Origin: Octopus vulgaris
Lineage: Eukaryota
Direction of reading: 5' to 3'
DNA length: 64,000 nt
Assembly: GCA_951406725.2 (NCBI GenBank)
Contig: OX597814.1
Location: 181,598,001 to 181,662,000 of the forward strand
Shown piece by piece: positions 62,519-64,000 of the stretch. The notes beneath the pieces are model-generated. The model had not been told where the DNA came from, searched no databases, and worked only from the letters and a program-made list of their open reading frames with translations. The position numbers were made by a program, and so were the translations under genes. The stretch's first letter is position 1, and each line of letters starts with the position of its first letter.

Positions 62519-63630
62519 GTAAATGTAATATGTGACAATTATTCGGTAGCCATTTTTCCGATGGCCAGATAACTGAAGAGATGGCGGTGTGGATTTCCAC
62601 CTCAGCATCCAAAACTCGGAGTTTTATCATGGCTAACAAATAATTGTCACATATTACATTTACAGATAAATTCCTCTATTTACATAATATCGAGGTCTCT
62701 TTCATTCTTTTGTTGTCTTACCATTTTTATCTATCTATCTATATATATATATATATATATATATCAAAATAAGTGATGTTAGTCGAGGAAATTGAACCTA
62801 AGACATTCTATCAGTCTCTTTTGCCAAACCACTAAGTTAGGGGATATAAACACACCAGCATCAGTTAAGCGATGGTGGACACACACACAAATATATACAT
62901 ATATATACATACAACGGGCTTCTTTTAGTTTCCATCTACCAAATCCACTCACAAGACATTGGTTGACGCAAAGCTATAGTAGAAGACATTTGTCCAAGAT
63001 GCAACACAGTGGGATTGAACCCAGAACCATGTGGTTGGGAAGCAAGTTTCTTACCACACAACCACGCCCATACCTAAAGTCATACGCCTGCAGTCATTAG
63101 ACTGTGGCCATGCTGGGGCACCACCTTGAATTTTTAGTTAAATGAATCAACCCCAGTGCTTTTTTTTTAAGAAGTGGTACTTATTCTATTGTTCTCTTTT
63201 GCCAAAATGCTAAGTAATGGGGACACAAACACACTGTCAAGTGGTGATAGGGGGAACAAACACAGACACAAACACATAAGTATCTATATACATATGACAG
63301 GCTTCTTTCAGTTCCCGTAAACCAAACCCACTCGCAAGGCTTTGGTCAGCCTGAGGCTATAGTAGAAGACACTTGCCCGTCATGCCACATAGTGGGACTG
63401 AACCCAGAACCATGTGGTTGAGAAGCAAGCTTCTTACCATACAGCCACGCCTGCACATGTATGCCTGTGGGTGTATATATACACACTTAGTAATTGGACT
63501 ATGGCTATGCTGGAAGAATAAGTTTTGTTTACCTCTAAGTCAACCATCTCTTTAGGCGGAGGAGCTTTTGGTGTCACACCAGTGACATCCATTTTTATTC
63601 CATCGATGGTCATTTCCTTTTCAATATACC
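33354..63630 (-). CDS. ATP6V0A1: V-type proton ATPase 116 kDa subunit a (V0 a, a1-like); 5'-partial spliced gene, 20 coding exons in window
   Basis: Twenty GT-AG exons join in frame into 771 codons including the stop. Hallmark motifs: FERxxWxACRGN, [91 protein letters not shown]. The symbol names the family (invertebrate co-orthologue), not a proven 1:1 orthologue. Confidence 0.96.
33741..34036. repeat. Minisatellite with a unit of about 72 bp, about 4 copies
   Basis: tcaatgtgatcaactttaggatcaacaaaatgttgcatcatattctgacttcttgcattctgagttcaaatc repeated; derived from an old family B SINE. Confidence 0.85.
34510..34684 (-). CDS. ATP6V0A1: V-ATPase a exon ([23 protein letters not shown]...[16 protein letters not shown])
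   Basis: tttcag/gtaagt, phase 1/2. Confidence 0.95.
35073..35291. mobile_element. piggyBac-type MITE (family 2)
   Basis: TTAA TSD, ccctttag/ctaaaggg TIR; closely similar to 48592-48812. Confidence 0.88.
36082..36199 (-). CDS. ATP6V0A1: V-ATPase a exon ([39 protein letters not shown])
   Basis: ttgcag/gtaaat, phase 0/1; contains the essential Arg (yeast Vph1 R735 equivalent). Confidence 0.95.
36240..36430 (+). mobile_element. RTE-like LINE reverse transcriptase fragment
   Basis: [35 protein letters not shown] (RT N-terminal KGD..NYR.I.LL motif). Confidence 0.82.
36784..36873 (-). CDS. ATP6V0A1: V-ATPase a exon in the acidic cytosolic loop ([30 protein letters not shown])
   Basis: atttcag acceptor, weak gtttgt donor, phase 0/0; acidic composition as expected before FxFGD. 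Confidence 0.78.
37020..37430. repeat. 9-bp minisatellite (ATGTATGYW-type)
   Basis: tgtatgtaa, tgtatgcaa and tgtatgtta units. Confidence 0.9.
37853..37903 (-). CDS. ATP6V0A1: V-ATPase a probable 51-nt exon in the variable cytosolic loop ([17 protein letters not shown])
   Basis: Strong polypyrimidine tract plus ttccag, gtatgt donor, phase 0/0; open GC-richer island in an AT-rich intron; no conserved motif. Confidence 0.65.
38913..39329 (-). mobile_element. SINE family A
   Basis: Full-length copy. Confidence 0.85.
39810..39914 (-). CDS. ATP6V0A1: V-ATPase a exon ([35 protein letters not shown])
   Basis: ttttag/gtatgc, phase 0/0; CVPWMLLxKP motif. Confidence 0.92.
40710..41124 (-). mobile_element. 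SINE family A
   Basis: Full-length copy. Confidence 0.85.
41521..41576 (-). CDS. ATP6V0A1: V-ATPase a exon ([19 protein letters not shown])
   Basis: ttttcag/gtaagt, phase 1/0; matches the INMFLF...LYxxQ segment. Confidence 0.88.
41665..42035 (+). mobile_element. CR1-type LINE 3' end
   Basis: [33 protein letters not shown]2 C-terminus, 3' UTR and (ATT)n tail; related copy at about 31575-31845. Confidence 0.8.
42730..43310 (+). mobile_element. Family E repeat with internal tandem motif units
   Basis: Three units plus (GAT)n tail. Confidence 0.78.
43904..44055 (-). CDS. ATP6V0A1: V-ATPase a exon ([50 protein letters not shown])
   Basis: tttcag/gtaagt, phase 2/1. Confidence 0.93.
44652..44770 (-). 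CDS. ATP6V0A1: V-ATPase a exon ([40 protein letters not shown])
   Basis: tttcag/gtaagt, phase 0/2. Confidence 0.94.
44833..45483 (-). mobile_element. Cluster of SINE family B copies and fragments
   Basis: Three to four head-to-tail or inverted fragments separated by (AAT)n. Confidence 0.75.
45485..47150 (-). mobile_element. Decayed CR1-like LINE (endonuclease remnant and 3' end), interrupted by a younger repeat
   Basis: Minus strand: [11 protein letters not shown] motif near 46830-46850; 45485-45850 resembles the CR1 3' end; boundaries approximate. Confidence 0.5.
46205..46495 (-). mobile_element. Family E repeat
   Basis: Reverse-oriented copy. Confidence 0.8.
47235..47606 (+). mobile_element. 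Family E repeat
   Basis: Homology to 42880-43310. Confidence 0.75.
47922..48240 (-). mobile_element. Family E repeat, 5'-truncated
   Basis: tgatattgca direct repeat on both sides. Confidence 0.82.
48461..48551 (-). CDS. ATP6V0A1: V-ATPase a exon ([30 protein letters not shown])
   Basis: atgtag/gtgagt, phase 2/0; luminal loop with NST and NQT glycosylation sequons. Confidence 0.92.
48592..48812. mobile_element. piggyBac-type MITE (family 2)
   Basis: TTAA TSD, ccctttag/ctaaaggg TIR; a degenerate third copy lies at about 53425-53702. Confidence 0.88.
49052..49400 (+). mobile_element. SINE family A (older variant)
   Basis: Diverged head and tail. Confidence 0.75.
49857..50423 (-). mobile_element. 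Internally deleted mariner (Tc1/mariner) element
   Basis: About 30-bp TIRs (ttgggttgtccagaaagttcatgcc), TA TSD, transposase C-terminus [28 protein letters not shown] (ORF 49930-50217). Confidence 0.92.
50673..50809 (-). CDS. ATP6V0A1: V-ATPase a exon ([45 protein letters not shown])
   Basis: tttcag/gtgagt, phase 0/2. Confidence 0.94.
51150..51541 (-). mobile_element. SINE family A nested in a family B SINE
   Basis: Splits the family B copy at 51104-51715; ctta duplication at both ends. Confidence 0.85.
51818..52460 (-). mobile_element. SINE family B cluster including a tandem dimer (about 52034-52459)
   Basis: Dimer flanked by a caccaccctaatt direct repeat. Confidence 0.8.
52603..52739 (-). 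CDS. ATP6V0A1: V-ATPase a exon ([46 protein letters not shown])
   Basis: ttgcag/gtaaga, phase 1/0. Confidence 0.94.
53785..54165 (+). mobile_element. Family E repeat
   Basis: Three units plus tail. Confidence 0.8.
54191..54341 (-). CDS. ATP6V0A1: V-ATPase a exon ([50 protein letters not shown])
   Basis: caatag/gtaatc, phase 0/1. Confidence 0.93.
54990..55405 (+). mobile_element. Family E repeat
   Basis: Four units plus tail. Confidence 0.8.
56195..56550. repeat. Compound (ATG/ACG)n microsatellite with periodic AA interruptions
   Basis: Direct inspection. Confidence 0.9.
56903..57115 (-). CDS. ATP6V0A1: V-ATPase a exon ([13 protein letters not shown]...[28 protein letters not shown]...ALEHGK)
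   Basis: ttacag/gtaata, phase 0/0. Confidence 0.94.
57228..57592 (-). mobile_element. SINE family A
   Basis: Near full-length copy. Confidence 0.83.
58160..58253 (-). CDS. ATP6V0A1: V-ATPase a exon ([31 protein letters not shown])
   Basis: tttcag/gtaagt, phase 2/0; YPCP motif. Confidence 0.93.
59497..59579 (-). CDS. ATP6V0A1: V-ATPase a exon ([28 protein letters not shown])
   Basis: ttacag/gtaaat, phase 0/2. Confidence 0.93.
59893..60019 (-). CDS. ATP6V0A1: V-ATPase a exon ([42 protein letters not shown])
   Basis: ttaag/gtaagc, phase 2/0. Confidence 0.93.
60250..61015 (+). mobile_element. Family E repeat with about five units and a duplicated 3' tail
   Basis: Tail repeated at 60916-61015. 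Confidence 0.8.
61374..61468 (-). CDS. ATP6V0A1: V-ATPase a exon ([32 protein letters not shown])
   Basis: ggcag/gtaagt, phase 0/2; variable loop ending QLG|F; a second in-frame CAG lies 9 nt downstream. Confidence 0.85.
61697..61825 (-). CDS. ATP6V0A1: V-ATPase a exon ([43 protein letters not shown])
   Basis: ttttcag/gtaagt, phase 0/0. Confidence 0.92.
62056..62333 (-). mobile_element. SINE family A (3'-truncated)
   Basis: Homology to other copies. Confidence 0.8.
62515..62730 (+). mobile_element. Penelope-like terminal repeat with short inverted duplication and hammerhead-like motif
   Basis: Same family as 25625-25880, flanked by (TA)n. Confidence 0.6.
62563..62633 (+). ncRNA. Type I hammerhead ribozyme-like motif (probably inactive, GAAA mutated to AAAA)
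   Basis: Stem I GCCA-GAUAA/UUAUC-A-UGGC, core CUGAAGA, stem II GAUG..GUGGA/UCCAC..CAUC, short palindromic stem III ACUCGGAGU, GUU cleavage triplet. Confidence 0.5.
62803..63452 (-). mobile_element. Two adjacent SINE family A copies
   Basis: About 62803-63075 and 63091-63452. Confidence 0.78.
63533..63630 (-). CDS. ATP6V0A1: V-ATPase a exon ([32 protein letters not shown])
   Basis: ag/gtaaac boundaries, phase 1/0; matches the PxPxEMIDLE region. Confidence 0.9.
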
Positions 63631-64000
63631 CTAAATGTTATGAGAAAAAGGATAATTGAAAGAATTTAGTGATTTGATAATCAGATAAACAAACAGAATC
63701 TAAAATACAATGAACAAAATAAATACATTAAAGCTGATAATTGTTTATCAAACTATTTCTTCATCCTGAATTGGATCAGTAGCCTCCAATCGCCTTCAGG
63801 TGAGTATCACCTGAAAAATGATTGGAGGATTACCAGTAGATACTTGGAGTCAATAACGGATCCAAAATGAAGAAATAAAATCACCTCAGACAAAATACAT
63901 ACATTTTAAAGCTATTTATAACAAAATATAAAAAAACAAATAAAGTAAGAATAAACAATATAATTTGATTACATACTCATTTTCCTTTCCATTTCCTCAC

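Overview
Eukaryotic, AT-rich, repeat-dense genomic DNA. The SINE and microsatellite content looks like an octopod cephalopod (Octopus sp.); this is inferred from repeat families, not proven. Two intron-rich genes converge tail-to-tail. On the + strand are the last 9 coding exons (967-27376) of an SLC7 LAT/y+LAT-type amino-acid transporter light chain. On the - strand are 20 coding exons (63630-33354) of a V-type H+-ATPase 116-kDa subunit a; its first coding exons lie beyond the window. All exons were read by hand, have GT-AG boundaries and join in frame. Introns hold several tRNA-derived SINE families, RTE-tailed repeats, CR1/RTE/Dong-R4 LINE fragments, a Gypsy fragment and a probable solo LTR, Helitrons, piggyBac MITEs, a deleted mariner, a Ginger-like fold-back MITE and microsatellites. 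The most notable observations are two Penelope-like fold-back elements carrying type I hammerhead-ribozyme motifs, an unusual Phe at the LAT1-G255 pocket position of the transporter, an inverted templated insertion in intron 7, and tandem arrays of a pseudoknot-like motif in one repeat family. Most ORFs in the supplied track are spurious repeat translations.
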